A DNA stretch of 64,000 bases from Gammaproteobacteria bacterium (lineage in GTDB: Bacteria > Pseudomonadota > Gammaproteobacteria > Arenicellales > JAJDZL01): NCBI GenBank assembly GCA_022823625.1, contig JAJEHQ010000005.1, positions 70,106-134,105 of the forward strand. The letters run 5' to 3'. Shown piece after piece: positions 26,286-35,609 of this stretch. Every line of letters begins with the position of its first letter. Position 1 is the first letter of the stretch. A program made the translations under genes and the position numbers. Below the pieces are notes generated by a model. That model saw only the letters and a list, made by a program, of their open reading frames with translations, made no database searches and had not been told where the DNA came from.

Positions 26286-26978
26286 TCAATCGTTATCGTC
26301 TACTTCTGCTCCAGCACCGCTACGTCTTGACAGGTCACTGTTTGGTACAAACGACTCCGCTGCCTTTTTCTTCAATATCTGTAAGCTTTCTAAGTCGATA
26401 CTGATCCGCCGTGAACTAAGGCTCTGAAGCTTTGACTGACTGAAGTGCCAATTGAGTCCTGTCTTATCAAAAAAAGACAAATCAACAGACAATTGGTTGG
26501 ACACACACACGACCAAAATCTCTTTAGAGTCCTGCCAATCGCGAGTCCAGAACGATTCTTCAGCCGTCCAGATTTCACCATTATCGATGATGATTCGAGA
26601 ATTGGGCAGTTGCAACCGAATACAGAGATTTAAATTAGACCTAGCTAGTGCAAGCGGCAAAAGCAAAGCGATTGCCTTTGAATTCTCTACTCTCGCAGTA
26701 CAGGCTTTATTCAAGGAACCGGCAACTGCGGCAAGCCGATCAAGAGTTTCAATCAAATATAGAGTGTTGAGGCTTTCAGTTTCAGGTTCACGTTGCAATT
26801 CAGGCAGTAAATCTGCCAGAAACTTCAATGGAACAGTGTCTGTTGCTGCAAGCCAAACTAGTGCATTTCCAATTTCGATATCAGCACCTGGCGGGATTCC
26901 AAGTGCCGATAGAACACGCCTGGTCAGGGTACAACATTCACTGTTTGACAGCTGTACCGTAGCTCGAATCTCGCGCAT
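26286..26978 (-). CDS. Hypothetical protein, 230 aa, no recognisable family
   Basis: The track ORF runs to 27029. However, ATG 26976-26978 (MREIRATVQLS...) overlaps the upstream stop by 1 nt (TGATG), which implies translational coupling. The composition is normal for a soluble protein. Confidence 0.55.
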   Translation of the reverse strand: MREIRATVQLSNSECCTLTRRVLSALGIPPGADIEIGNALVWLAATDTVPLKFLADLLPELQREPETESLNTLYLIETLDRLAAVAGSLNKACTARVENSKAIALLLPLALARSNLNLCIRLQLPNSRIIIDNGEIWTAEESFWTRDWQDSKEILVVCVSNQLSVDLSFFDKTGLNWHFSQSKLQSLSSRRISIDLESLQILKKKAAESFVPNSDLSRRSGAGAEVDDND

Positions 26979-28693
26979 CAGGATGAGGCAGCCGCAGAGG
27001 TTGTCAGTGGTACTACAGGGAAAGCCCAATCGTCCGCAAAATCACGATCGATTTCATCGTGTAGAGGTGCACCCTGAAACAGCGTGATCCGAGTCCAGAG
27101 ATTGGATTTCGGATCGAATCTAGTCGCCCCGAATATTGCAAGCTTGCAGCGAAGCAAATCGATAGGCAGACATTCCCTGCCGAGCAGGTTATTCTGAATC
27201 TCAGCATATTCGAAGTCTGTAAGGGACTGTATGCGAGAAACGATATGTCGAAATTTTGGATGCAGACGCAATAAGTCAGCTACTGACGAGCATTTGTCAT
27301 TAGAATCGAGATCGCGTATGGTCTTATATAAAGCACTGACATCTCTGGCAATTCCTACCTTCATTTCTAACTCACAGCCAGGTTCCAGATAGCGTTTACC
27401 CAATCTCGGCTCTTCTTTTTCCTGTGAAACGTACCAAAAATAATGTTGAGAATCCAGATGTTCAAAATCCACATCCAGTGCCCACGCGTAGCGCATTTCA
27501 ATACAGTTCTTTAATTCCACCAGTCCCATAGATGGATCAAAATAAGTGAATTCATCAACTCCCATCATGTTTTCGAGTTCATTGATTTCATTTGGATAAA
27601 TTTCAAGAATCAAACTATTCAGCAATTCCTGACACTCCATACTGGTATTTTGCAGCGCCCAATCTGAAAGCTGTTGCCAGACCGATTGATCATCATTTAT
27701 CTGACTCAGCTCTATTTTGAGTCTAGTAACTTCCTCCTTTAGTACCAAAATACGTTCTGCCTGTCTTGGATCTTCGGTCTGCCACTGCTTCAAATGTCCT
27801 TCGGCCCTTTCAATCAGCTTCTTAAAGTGGTTCAACTTCTGACGTGTCACTTTTGATCTGGATTTTGCAATTACAATTGCAGACTCCCGGATCTTTATCC
27901 ACTGGCCAATCAGTTGAGGATGACCAATCAAAAACGGTGCCATTCCAAGGCCAGTAGCATTACCGACTCCAATCGCCCGCTTTAGTTCTCTCGATAACCC
28001 AACTGCCTGGGCTTGATCGCGCTGTTTAGCAATATGTTCAACCAAATCAATACTCAACTGTCTGGCCATATAGACGGTGAGCATTTCTGCCTGAAACGGC
28101 AAACCAAATGGCGTTGACTGCTTGACCTCGTGAAAATCCATCACCCCAAATTTTCCGTTGCCGTAAACGGCAGTGGTTCGAATAAGGTATCCGATCTTCA
28201 TTATTTCCACTACATCCGGTTGAACACCTGAGGCAAGGCAATCAATGACTGAATTGAACAGGCGAACACTCTTATTGGCTCTGCTCATTACCAGTTCAGA
28301 TTCACTGAGGCGACCTGCCTCCTGGTACGGCAATTCCCGACTAAGCCGTTTAATGTCAGCATCACTCGGAATTCCGTTGAACAGTGTAAAGCACATATCC
28401 CACTTTTCAGCAATTACTCGATCAGTGCGATCATCCGCATCAAGTTCCGCAACAAATGAAATGAAACTAACAGGACCTGAAGGAGTATGAATCAGATAGA
28501 TTAAAGTTCCGTAACCTGATTCATCGAGAGTGTTTCTGAAAATTTCGAAACGCCACTTTTCGCGATTCATCCGTCGTACCAGCGTTCGTGTAAAGCTCAA
28601 GCGACTTGAATGAAACGAGCCTAAACGCTCCAATTTCATCACTGTTTCAGGTGGCCGAAGTAACTGACCGAACTGTTGGTTGATATGTTTCAA
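26978..28693 (-). CDS. Hypothetical protein, 571 aa, no recognisable family
   Basis: A long clean ORF with a TTG start at 28693, 26 nt after the M19-like stop; the alternative is ATG 28639. No TM segments and no nucleotide-binding or metal motifs that I recognise. There is a central charged helical stretch. Confidence 0.6.
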   Translation of the reverse strand: MKHINQQFGQLLRPPETVMKLERLGSFHSSRLSFTRTLVRRMNREKWRFEIFRNTLDESGYGTLIYLIHTPSGPVSFISFVAELDADDRTDRVIAEKWDMCFTLFNGIPSDADIKRLSRELPYQEAGRLSESELVMSRANKSVRLFNSVIDCLASGVQPDVVEIMKIGYLIRTTAVYGNGKFGVMDFHEVKQSTPFGLPFQAEMLTVYMARQLSIDLVEHIAKQRDQAQAVGLSRELKRAIGVGNATGLGMAPFLIGHPQLIGQWIKIRESAIVIAKSRSKVTRQKLNHFKKLIERAEGHLKQWQTEDPRQAERILVLKEEVTRLKIELSQINDDQSVWQQLSDWALQNTSMECQELLNSLILEIYPNEINELENMMGVDEFTYFDPSMGLVELKNCIEMRYAWALDVDFEHLDSQHYFWYVSQEKEEPRLGKRYLEPGCELEMKVGIARDVSALYKTIRDLDSNDKCSSVADLLRLHPKFRHIVSRIQSLTDFEYAEIQNNLLGRECLPIDLLRCKLAIFGATRFDPKSNLWTRITLFQGAPLHDEIDRDFADDWAFPVVPLTTSAAASS

Positions 28694-28719
28694 GGTGCGA
28701 TTGAATGAATAAGCGAAGT

Positions 28720-29772
28720 TTAACTCTGGCGAGACAGTCCTTCTTCAAAAAAACGAAACCAGTTGCCACCCATAATCATCCTGACCTCTCCATCAGAAAA
28801 TCCTGCGGTTGCAAGACCATCCGCGACATTTTGCAGGTCTTCATTTTTTTGAAACCAAGAAGGATAATCTGGCCACTCAATTTGAGACTGACTGTCCATT
28901 TCATCATCCCACGTGCCACGTCTCATGTAATTGAGATAATCGCTACCCCAATCGAGGCATAAATCTGTACCCAGCCCGAGATGCTCGACTCCGATCAAGT
29001 CCGCCGTTCTTAAGACCATGTCGCAAAAGTCTTCCAGTTTGCAGTCGCTGCCATTTGCCAGATGAAGTGGATAAATGCTAAATCCCAGCATCCCACCAGT
29101 TCTTGCCAACTCTCTAAGCAACTCATCAGACTTATTTCTAACGACCTTGCGGAACGAGATCGGATTGGCGTGGGTGATTGCGATAGGACGTTCACTGCAC
29201 TCTATTGCTTCGAAACAGGTTCGCTCGGAAGTATGAGAAACATCAACAATAATTCCCAGACGATTCATCTCCCGAACAGCAATACGGCCGAATCGGGTCA
29301 ATCCTGCATCATCTTCCTCGTAACATCCGGTGCCAACATGATTCTGGTTGTTGTAGGTCAACTGCATGATGCGTATGCCTAACTGATGATAGATTTCGAT
29401 TAAGGAAAAGTCATCCCCAATTGGCGAGGTATTTTGGAAGCCTAGAACAATGCCGGTGCGACCGGTCTGATGGGCATTTTTAATGTCAGCAGCGTCATTT
29501 ACACGCAAAATTAAATCCTTATGTTCCTCAAACCAACGATTCCACTTGCCGATTTGTTTCAGTGTTTCACTGCAACTGTGCCAAAACGCAACGGTAACGT
29601 GTACTGCAGTTACGCCGGAATTTACCAAAGATTCGAAGTGAGGCCGAGACCAGTTGGAAGCCTGCAGGGCATCAATTACTGGAAATGATTCTTGTACTTT
29701 CAATGCTTTAATTTCTACTTGTTGATGAAGTGATCTTATCGCTACGGCAAACGAACGATTGAAACAGATCAA
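28720..29772 (-). CDS. M19 (renal/membrane dipeptidase) fold protein with a degenerate binuclear-zinc site
   Basis: Colinear with the human DPEP1 pattern from memory. PVIDALQAS replaces PVIDGHNDL and LGFQNTS replaces IGVEGGH. DVSHTS, AITHANP, VRNKSDE and LGLGTDLCLD are retained. TTG start; TTG 29703 is an alternative. Confidence 0.75.
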   Translation of the reverse strand: MICFNRSFAVAIRSLHQQVEIKALKVQESFPVIDALQASNWSRPHFESLVNSGVTAVHVTVAFWHSCSETLKQIGKWNRWFEEHKDLILRVNDAADIKNAHQTGRTGIVLGFQNTSPIGDDFSLIEIYHQLGIRIMQLTYNNQNHVGTGCYEEDDAGLTRFGRIAVREMNRLGIIVDVSHTSERTCFEAIECSERPIAITHANPISFRKVVRNKSDELLRELARTGGMLGFSIYPLHLANGSDCKLEDFCDMVLRTADLIGVEHLGLGTDLCLDWGSDYLNYMRRGTWDDEMDSQSQIEWPDYPSWFQKNEDLQNVADGLATAGFSDGEVRMIMGGNWFRFFEEGLSRQS

Positions 29773-30026
29773 TAGATTGAACTGTAATCATAACGCGGAT
29801 GTCCGAACTGATTGGAACCAAATGACTGATAAATATACTTTTGGTCAGTACGGAACGTTTCAGTCCAATTGTTATTCGCTTCAGCAGTAATTTTAATTTG
29901 GGTCCATATGAGTCCAATCGAGATACACCATAATAGTGAACGTGGGTAATAACCCATTCGTTCCACTTTAACAAAGCTATTCAATACCAATTCACGTAAG
30001 AAATTGAACTCGTAGTCAAAGCCATC

Positions 30027-31457
30027 ATGAATGAACTTATCTCGAAAACCGCATGTGAAGTTGTTGATCTGTTACGGGCACGGGAAATCTCCCCCGTAGA
30101 TGCCGTCACTGCTTCTGCAGATCGAATTGAACAGGTTGAAGCAAGCATTAATGCAATGCCGACTCTTTGCATTGATCAGGCTTTGGAAAAAGCCAGGGAG
30201 TTGGAAAGGCAGCAACCATTCGGTCATTCAGAGTATCGAGACTGGCTGGGAGGATTACCGATATCAATCAAAGACTTAACTGAAACCGCGGGAGTTCGAA
30301 CAACTTTTGGCTCACCAATTTACAAGGATTACATACCTGCCAAATCAGACATCCTGGTACAGAAGCTAGACTACCGCGGCACAATTATGATGGGTAAATC
30401 GAACACTCCAGAATTTGGTGCAGGAGCCAGTACATTCAATGAGGTTTTCGGTGTGACACGAAACCCCTGGAATACAAGCAAGTCCGTCGCCGGTTCATCG
30501 GGCGGCGCGTGTGCTTCAATCGCATCAGGCGAAGTATGGCTGGCGACCGGGTCTGATCTTGGCGGAAGTTTAAGGACACCTGCCAGCTTCAATTCTGTAG
30601 TCGGATTGCGACCCAGTCCGGGAAGAGTACCCAGAAGTCGAACACAGGAACCGTTTAGTTGCCTGCATGTACAAGGCCCAATCGCTCGAAACTGTCGAGA
30701 CACAGCGCCCTTTCTTGATGTAATGTCCGGATTTCATCCGTCTGACCCTTTGAGCTACCCGGCTTCACAAAAGCCATATATGGATTACATTGACAATCCA
30801 GTCAAACCAAGACGGATTGGATACACGCCAGACCTCGGAATTACAGTCATTGATCCGGAAGTCGCTCAGATCTGCAAGGATGCTGTTCAAAAATTTCAAA
30901 CACTCAACATACCGGTTGATGAAGGGAGCCCCAACTTTAGCGGTGCGATTGAAAGCTTCGATGTGTTGCGCGGTGCTTCATTCGTCACAAATCTCATGGG
31001 CGAATACAGGAATCACGAACATCTATTAAAGCCAGAAGTTGTCTGGAATATTGAAAAAGGATTCAAGCTGACAGCCGATGCGATCAGTCAGGCACAATTG
31101 ACACAGGCCAAGATTTTGCAGTCGGTGATTCGATTTTTTGACAAGTTTGATCTACTCATTTGTCCCTGTGCAATTGTGCCTCCCTTTGACTCTGAAATTA
31201 GATTTGTCGAATCGTTGGGAGAGCACACATTCGATACCTACTATGAGTGGCTCGCAATTACTTTTGCTCTGACATTGACAGGTTGTCCGGTGCTGGCTGT
31301 ACCAGCTGGATTCACCCGCGACGGCTTGCCGGTCGGACTGCAGATCATTGGACCGCCGAGGGATGAAGGGCCCATACTTTCAGCCGGATTTTTACTTGAG
31401 CAGTTAACCGGAACTTCAAAGCAACTACCAATTGATCCAAATGTAACCCATCTTTGA
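30027..31457 (+). CDS. Amidase-signature (AS) family amidase
   Basis: 476 aa with LPISIKDLTETAGVRTTFGS and AGSSGGACASIASG. It is a paralog class of the amidase at 10923. Confidence 0.85.
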   Translation: MNELISKTACEVVDLLRAREISPVDAVTASADRIEQVEASINAMPTLCIDQALEKARELERQQPFGHSEYRDWLGGLPISIKDLTETAGVRTTFGSPIYKDYIPAKSDILVQKLDYRGTIMMGKSNTPEFGAGASTFNEVFGVTRNPWNTSKSVAGSSGGACASIASGEVWLATGSDLGGSLRTPASFNSVVGLRPSPGRVPRSRTQEPFSCLHVQGPIARNCRDTAPFLDVMSGFHPSDPLSYPASQKPYMDYIDNPVKPRRIGYTPDLGITVIDPEVAQICKDAVQKFQTLNIPVDEGSPNFSGAIESFDVLRGASFVTNLMGEYRNHEHLLKPEVVWNIEKGFKLTADAISQAQLTQAKILQSVIRFFDKFDLLICPCAIVPPFDSEIRFVESLGEHTFDTYYEWLAITFALTLTGCPVLAVPAGFTRDGLPVGLQIIGPPRDEGPILSAGFLLEQLTGTSKQLPIDPNVTHL

Positions 31458-31681
31458 TTAGTGCACCTGTCTACACGTGAGGCATGAGTGCAAATCAGGT
31501 GTCATTTTTAATTTTCCGTAATTGGAATTTGGCTCATTCCAATCAAATAGAAAACGATGCAGTTGGTAAAATTGAACCATTGGAACCAGTCCAACTATTG
31601 GCCAAATGAAGTCAATTCTAATTTTTTTGTGATTAAATTAATGGCGCACATCCGCGAACTTCAGCAACTGATCAACTGCCG

Positions 31682-32155
31682 ATGAAGTTCTTGATCCTGC
31701 CTTTTTCTTTTCTTGCTGTGTTCTGGTTGATCCTTTCCGGACACTACACAACTTTACTGCTAGTTCTTGGTGCTGTTTCATGTATCTGGGTTCTGAGAAT
31801 CTCGCATCGAATGAAGATTGTCGACCTTGAAGACTATCCCATCCATTTAGTCCCTTGGAGGATTATTTATTATTGGTTTTGGCTGATCAAAGAAATCATG
31901 TTGTCCACCTGGACCGTTAGCAAAATCATTCTTACCCCAAAGTCAAGAATCAGCCCCAAAGTGGTTTGGCTGCCGGCAGACGAAATGAGTGATATGCAGA
32001 AAGTGATATACGCGAACTCAATTACTCTCACTCCTGGTACTCTCACCATTGAAGCTGATAATTCCAGACTGGAAATTCATACCTTGCGAGGTGATATGCT
32101 GGAACCACTTGAACGGGGTGACATGGCTGACCGCGTCAGAAAACTCGAGTACTAG
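31682..32155 (+). CDS. mrpE: Cation/proton antiporter subunit E (MrpE/MnhE)
   Basis: 157 aa with the MnhE block ANSITLTPGTLTIE. Confidence 0.8.
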   Translation: MKFLILPFSFLAVFWLILSGHYTTLLLVLGAVSCIWVLRISHRMKIVDLEDYPIHLVPWRIIYYWFWLIKEIMLSTWTVSKIILTPKSRISPKVVWLPADEMSDMQKVIYANSITLTPGTLTIEADNSRLEIHTLRGDMLEPLERGDMADRVRKLEY

Positions 32156-32171
32156 ACTTTAGCCTGTCAGT

Positions 32172-32459
32172 ATGATCGCCGGCGCCCTAATTGCAGTTCT
32201 AGTGGGAATGGCCCTCTTGCTCATCAGGGCATTCGTTGGGCCAGACATCTACAATCGAATATTGGCAGTCAATAATTTCGGCACCAAGACAGTGCTCGTC
32301 ATCGCGCTTTACGGTTTTTTGACAGACCGACCCGACTTTCTTGACATTGCAATCGTCTATGCACTGTGTAATTTCATTGCCACCATCGCCATTCTGAAAT
32401 ATTTCGAGTACGGCGACCTCGGTCATGTTGGCGAGCAGCCAGAGGACGAAAGACAGTGA
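32172..32459 (+). CDS. mrpF: Cation/proton antiporter subunit F (MrpF/MnhF)
   Basis: 95 aa, 3 TM helices, ILAVNNFGTKTVLVIAL...DIAIVYALCNFIATIAILKY. Confidence 0.75.
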   Translation: MIAGALIAVLVGMALLLIRAFVGPDIYNRILAVNNFGTKTVLVIALYGFLTDRPDFLDIAIVYALCNFIATIAILKYFEYGDLGHVGEQPEDERQ

Positions 32460-32773
32460 TGGATCTGATTCTGTTGATCATCAGAGACATTTTTCTTGTC
32501 ACTGGTTCTATTGCAGTGCTTATTGGAGCATTTGGCGTACTTCGATTACCAGAACTGTTTTGCAGAATTCATGCAGCTGGGATCACTGACACAGCCGGTG
32601 CAGGATTGGTCATTACTGGTCTGATGATCGAATCCGGTTTCACTCTAGTTTCTCTCAAACTCTTAGTGATTTTTGTTTTTCTGTTCTTCACGAGTCCTAC
32701 ATCTTCTCACGCCCTTGCTAAATCGGCCATACACGGTAATGTACTACCTGTTACAGATCTGCCCAAAAGGTGA
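32456..32773 (+). CDS. mrpG: Cation/proton antiporter subunit G (MrpG/MnhG)
   Basis: 105 aa with FGVLRLPELFCRIHAAGITDTAGAGL and a 4-nt overlap with mrpF. Confidence 0.8.
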   Translation: MMDLILLIIRDIFLVTGSIAVLIGAFGVLRLPELFCRIHAAGITDTAGAGLVITGLMIESGFTLVSLKLLVIFVFLFFTSPTSSHALAKSAIHGNVLPVTDLPKR

Positions 32774-33324
32774 TTGCCATCGAACTTGTCGTTAACTTTA
32801 CATTGCTCGGTTTTCTGCTTGTAACAGCACTTTACATTTCGCAGACAAATCGGCTGTTTCGCGCGGTTATGTTGTTTGGAATCTACAGCCTGTTGACGGC
32901 AAGCCTTTTCGTTGCACTTGATGCGGTCGATGTCGCATTCACCGAAGCTGCAGTCGGCACATGTATAGCCACCATCCTGATGCTGAGTGCACTATCTTTG
33001 ACCGGCTCGCGAAAAGAGGTCCGCTTCCGTCGCAAAAATGCTACATTCGCTGTTTGTGTTTCTATCGCCCTAGGTGTGGCACTTGCGATTGGTATTATGG
33101 ACATGCCGCAATTTGCAGACCCGAATGCTCCAGCCAATCTACACGTAGCACCTTACTACCTCCAAGATTCGTACTCGGAGATCGGCATTCCTAATGTTGT
33201 CACTTCGGTTCTGGCCAGCTATCGGGGTTATGACACGCTTGGTGAAGTCGTGGTGATTTTTACAGCTGGCATTGGCGTAATCGCCCTGCTGACTGCCAGG
33301 ACTTCCAAACCCAAGGAGGACTGA
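32770..33324 (+). CDS. MrpA-C-terminal-like small membrane subunit (DUF4040 / MbhD-E type)
   Basis: 184 aa, polytopic, with the block ASYRGYDTLGEVVVIFTAGIGV typical of the MnhB-like domain of MrpA. Confidence 0.65.
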   Translation: MIAIELVVNFTLLGFLLVTALYISQTNRLFRAVMLFGIYSLLTASLFVALDAVDVAFTEAAVGTCIATILMLSALSLTGSRKEVRFRRKNATFAVCVSIALGVALAIGIMDMPQFADPNAPANLHVAPYYLQDSYSEIGIPNVVTSVLASYRGYDTLGEVVVIFTAGIGVIALLTARTSKPKED

Positions 33325-33328
33325 GCCA

Positions 33329-33766
33329 ATGAAGCAGCATTTGATTCTGCACGTCATTGCAAAGATTATGATCCCATTTATTATGGTGTTCGCCCTTTAT
33401 GTTCAGTTTCACGGTGACTATGGACCTGGAGGTGGATTCCAGGCTGGTGTAATCTTTGGTGCCGGATTCATTCTATACGGCATCGTTCTAGGTAAGGAAG
33501 CAACGATGAAAATAGTACCGCCGCCACTAGTCTACACAACAGCCGCACTGGGTGTGCTTCTCTACACTGGTGTCGGCGTTGCTGGCATGTTTTTAGGCGG
33601 CGAATTTCTTAACTACAGTGTACTTTCTGCCGACTCTGTCGCCGGGCAACACCTCGGAATCCTACTCATCGAATTTGGCGTTGGCATGACAGTGGCATCG
33701 GTGATGATCATTCTGTTTCTGAGCTTTGCAGATTATCGACAGCCAGAATCTGAAAACACAAACTAA
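33329..33766 (+). CDS. mrpB: Cation/proton antiporter subunit B (MrpB/MnhB)
   Basis: 145 aa with HGDYGPGGGFQAGVIFG. Confidence 0.8.
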   Translation: MKQHLILHVIAKIMIPFIMVFALYVQFHGDYGPGGGFQAGVIFGAGFILYGIVLGKEATMKIVPPPLVYTTAALGVLLYTGVGVAGMFLGGEFLNYSVLSADSVAGQHLGILLIEFGVGMTVASVMIILFLSFADYRQPESENTN

Positions 33767-33772
33767 ATTCAA

Positions 33773-34126
33773 ATGGAAAGCATCGGGATCGTCAACTATT
33801 GGATCGTCATCGCACTGATGATGATTGCGTTGTATATCGTGATATCAGCTAACAATCTCATCAAAAAAATTATTGGACTGAATATATTTCAAAGCTCGGT
33901 TTTCATTCTCTACATCAGCATCGGTAAGGTGGGTGGAGGAACCGCGCCGATTTTACTGAAAGAACCAGCTGTCTACTCCAATCCCCTGCCCCATGTGCTC
34001 ATACTCACTGCTATTGTTGTGGGTGTTGCAACAACGGCTCTGGGGCTAGCCCTGATCGTCAGAATTCGCTCTGCTTTTGGAACAATCGATGATCAAGATG
34101 TACAACAGGACATAGAGCGAAATTAA
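33773..34126 (+). CDS. mrpC: Cation/proton antiporter subunit C (MrpC/MnhC, NuoK-like)
   Basis: 117 aa, 3 TM helices, with NLIKKIIGLNIFQSSVFILYI and LTAIVVGVATTALGLAL. Confidence 0.8.
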   Translation: MESIGIVNYWIVIALMMIALYIVISANNLIKKIIGLNIFQSSVFILYISIGKVGGGTAPILLKEPAVYSNPLPHVLILTAIVVGVATTALGLALIVRIRSAFGTIDDQDVQQDIERN

Positions 34127-34127
34127 G

Positions 34128-35609
34128 GTGCTGAGCTTACACTTAAGCGCCTTGCAGGTCGTCATTCCTCTACTCGCCGCACCACTGTGTGCGATTATTA
34201 GAATACCTGGTGTTACCTGGCTGATCGCCCTTGCAGTTGGTATCGCCAGCAGCATCAATTCGATAGCGATACTTCTTCATATCAATAGGTTCGGAGAAAT
34301 CGTCTATTCACTCGGCGGCTGGGCAGCTCCATTTGGAATTGAGTACAGAATCGACAGTGCGAACGCTCTTATTCTACTGATTATCAGTTTCATTTATCTG
34401 TTGGGAATCATCTACGCCCCTGCCAGCATTAAAACTGAAGTTCCAGAGAAGAGTCAGGGATGGCTGTACACAGCCTGGATTCTTTGCTTTACTGGCCTAT
34501 CCGGCATTACGATATCCGGTGATGTGTTTAACGTCTTTGTCTTTCTGGAAGTATCATCCCTTTCCACATACATTCTGATCAGCTTCGGACAAGACAAACG
34601 TTGTCTGACAGCAGCGTTTCGTTATCTGGTAATGGGAACCATCGCCGCAACCTTTTACCTGGTTGGTATCGGCTTTCTTTATTCGCTGACCGGCACCTTG
34701 AATATGGCTGATCTGGCACAACGACTCCCAGACCTGATCAGTCAAAATACTGTTGCTGTTGCATTCGGCTTTGTTATTGTCGGACTGGCGATCAAAATGG
34801 CGTTGTTTCCATTTCACGCCTGGCTACCAAATGCCTATGCTTATGCACCAAATGCAGTTACTGCTTTTCTTGCTGGCACCGCCACTAAGGCCGCTGTCTA
34901 TGTTTTCATTCGACTCACATTTGAAGTTTTCCCGGAAGACTATTTCTCAGGATTCACCTCGTCGCACCACATAATTCTTGCTGTTGGCATCTTCAGCGCG
35001 GTGATTACCTCGGCCATCGCAATTTTTCAGGATGATCTCAAACGCCTGTTTGCGTGGTCTAGCATCGGACAGATTGGCTACATTGCCGTCGGCGTGGGTT
35101 TGGCATCAACTGCGGGGGTCGCAGCGTCGTTTTTGCATCTTTTCAATCATTCAATCATGAAGACTGCAATCTTTATGGCAATTGGAGGCCTGTTTTTCGT
35201 AACCGGGTCGACAACAACGGCAGCACTGAAAAATGCGGGTCGACGCATGCCATGGACAATGGCAGCAATTCTCATCGGGGGACTTAGCCTGATTGGCGTC
35301 CCATTCACTACAGGATTTATCAGCAAGTGGTACCTGGTATCAGCATCACTTGAACAAAATTTCTGGTGGCTTGCAGGTTTGATTCTGCTCGGATCCTTAG
35401 TAACCGCAGCTTATGTCTGGAAAATTGTCGAAATTGCATATTTTCGAAAGGACCCGAATGTAAAAGTTGTACGACAGGAAGCCCCACTGTCGCTTCTGAT
35501 TCCAACCTGGATTCTGGTTGTAGCCAATATCTATTTTGGCGTTGATGCACGATTTTCTGGTTCGATGGCAACCCAGGCCGCTAACACAATTCTCGGAGTT
35601 TCTCCATGA
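34128..35609 (+). CDS. mrpD: Antiporter-like subunit, MrpD/NuoN-M family (copy 1)
   Basis: 493 aa, GTG start 1 nt after the mrpC stop, proton-conducting membrane transporter blocks (FVFLEVSSLSTYILI, PFHAWLPNAYAYAP, SSIGQIGYI). Confidence 0.85.
   Translation: MLSLHLSALQVVIPLLAAPLCAIIRIPGVTWLIALAVGIASSINSIAILLHINRFGEIVYSLGGWAAPFGIEYRIDSANALILLIISFIYLLGIIYAPASIKTEVPEKSQGWLYTAWILCFTGLSGITISGDVFNVFVFLEVSSLSTYILISFGQDKRCLTAAFRYLVMGTIAATFYLVGIGFLYSLTGTLNMADLAQRLPDLISQNTVAVAFGFVIVGLAIKMALFPFHAWLPNAYAYAPNAVTAFLAGTATKAAVYVFIRLTFEVFPEDYFSGFTSSHHIILAVGIFSAVITSAIAIFQDDLKRLFAWSSIGQIGYIAVGVGLASTAGVAASFLHLFNHSIMKTAIFMAIGGLFFVTGSTTTAALKNAGRRMPWTMAAILIGGLSLIGVPFTTGFISKWYLVSASLEQNFWWLAGLILLGSLVTAAYVWKIVEIAYFRKDPNVKVVRQEAPLSLLIPTWILVVANIYFGVDARFSGSMATQAANTILGVSP

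Noticed and set aside
26979-27029. Longer 247-aa version of the last gene of the unknown operon, starting at 27029
   Set aside because: It would overlap the 571-aa gene by 52 nt and add a Cys/Gly-rich leader (MGFPCSTTDNLCGCLIL). The internal ATG with a 1-nt stop/start overlap is the more economical model.
26452-27087. 211-aa plus-strand ORF antisense to the 230-aa gene
   Set aside because: Its translation is Ser/Arg-rich and low in complexity, which is typical of the shadow of a real gene on the opposite strand. The minus-strand ORF has normal composition and a coupled TGATG start.
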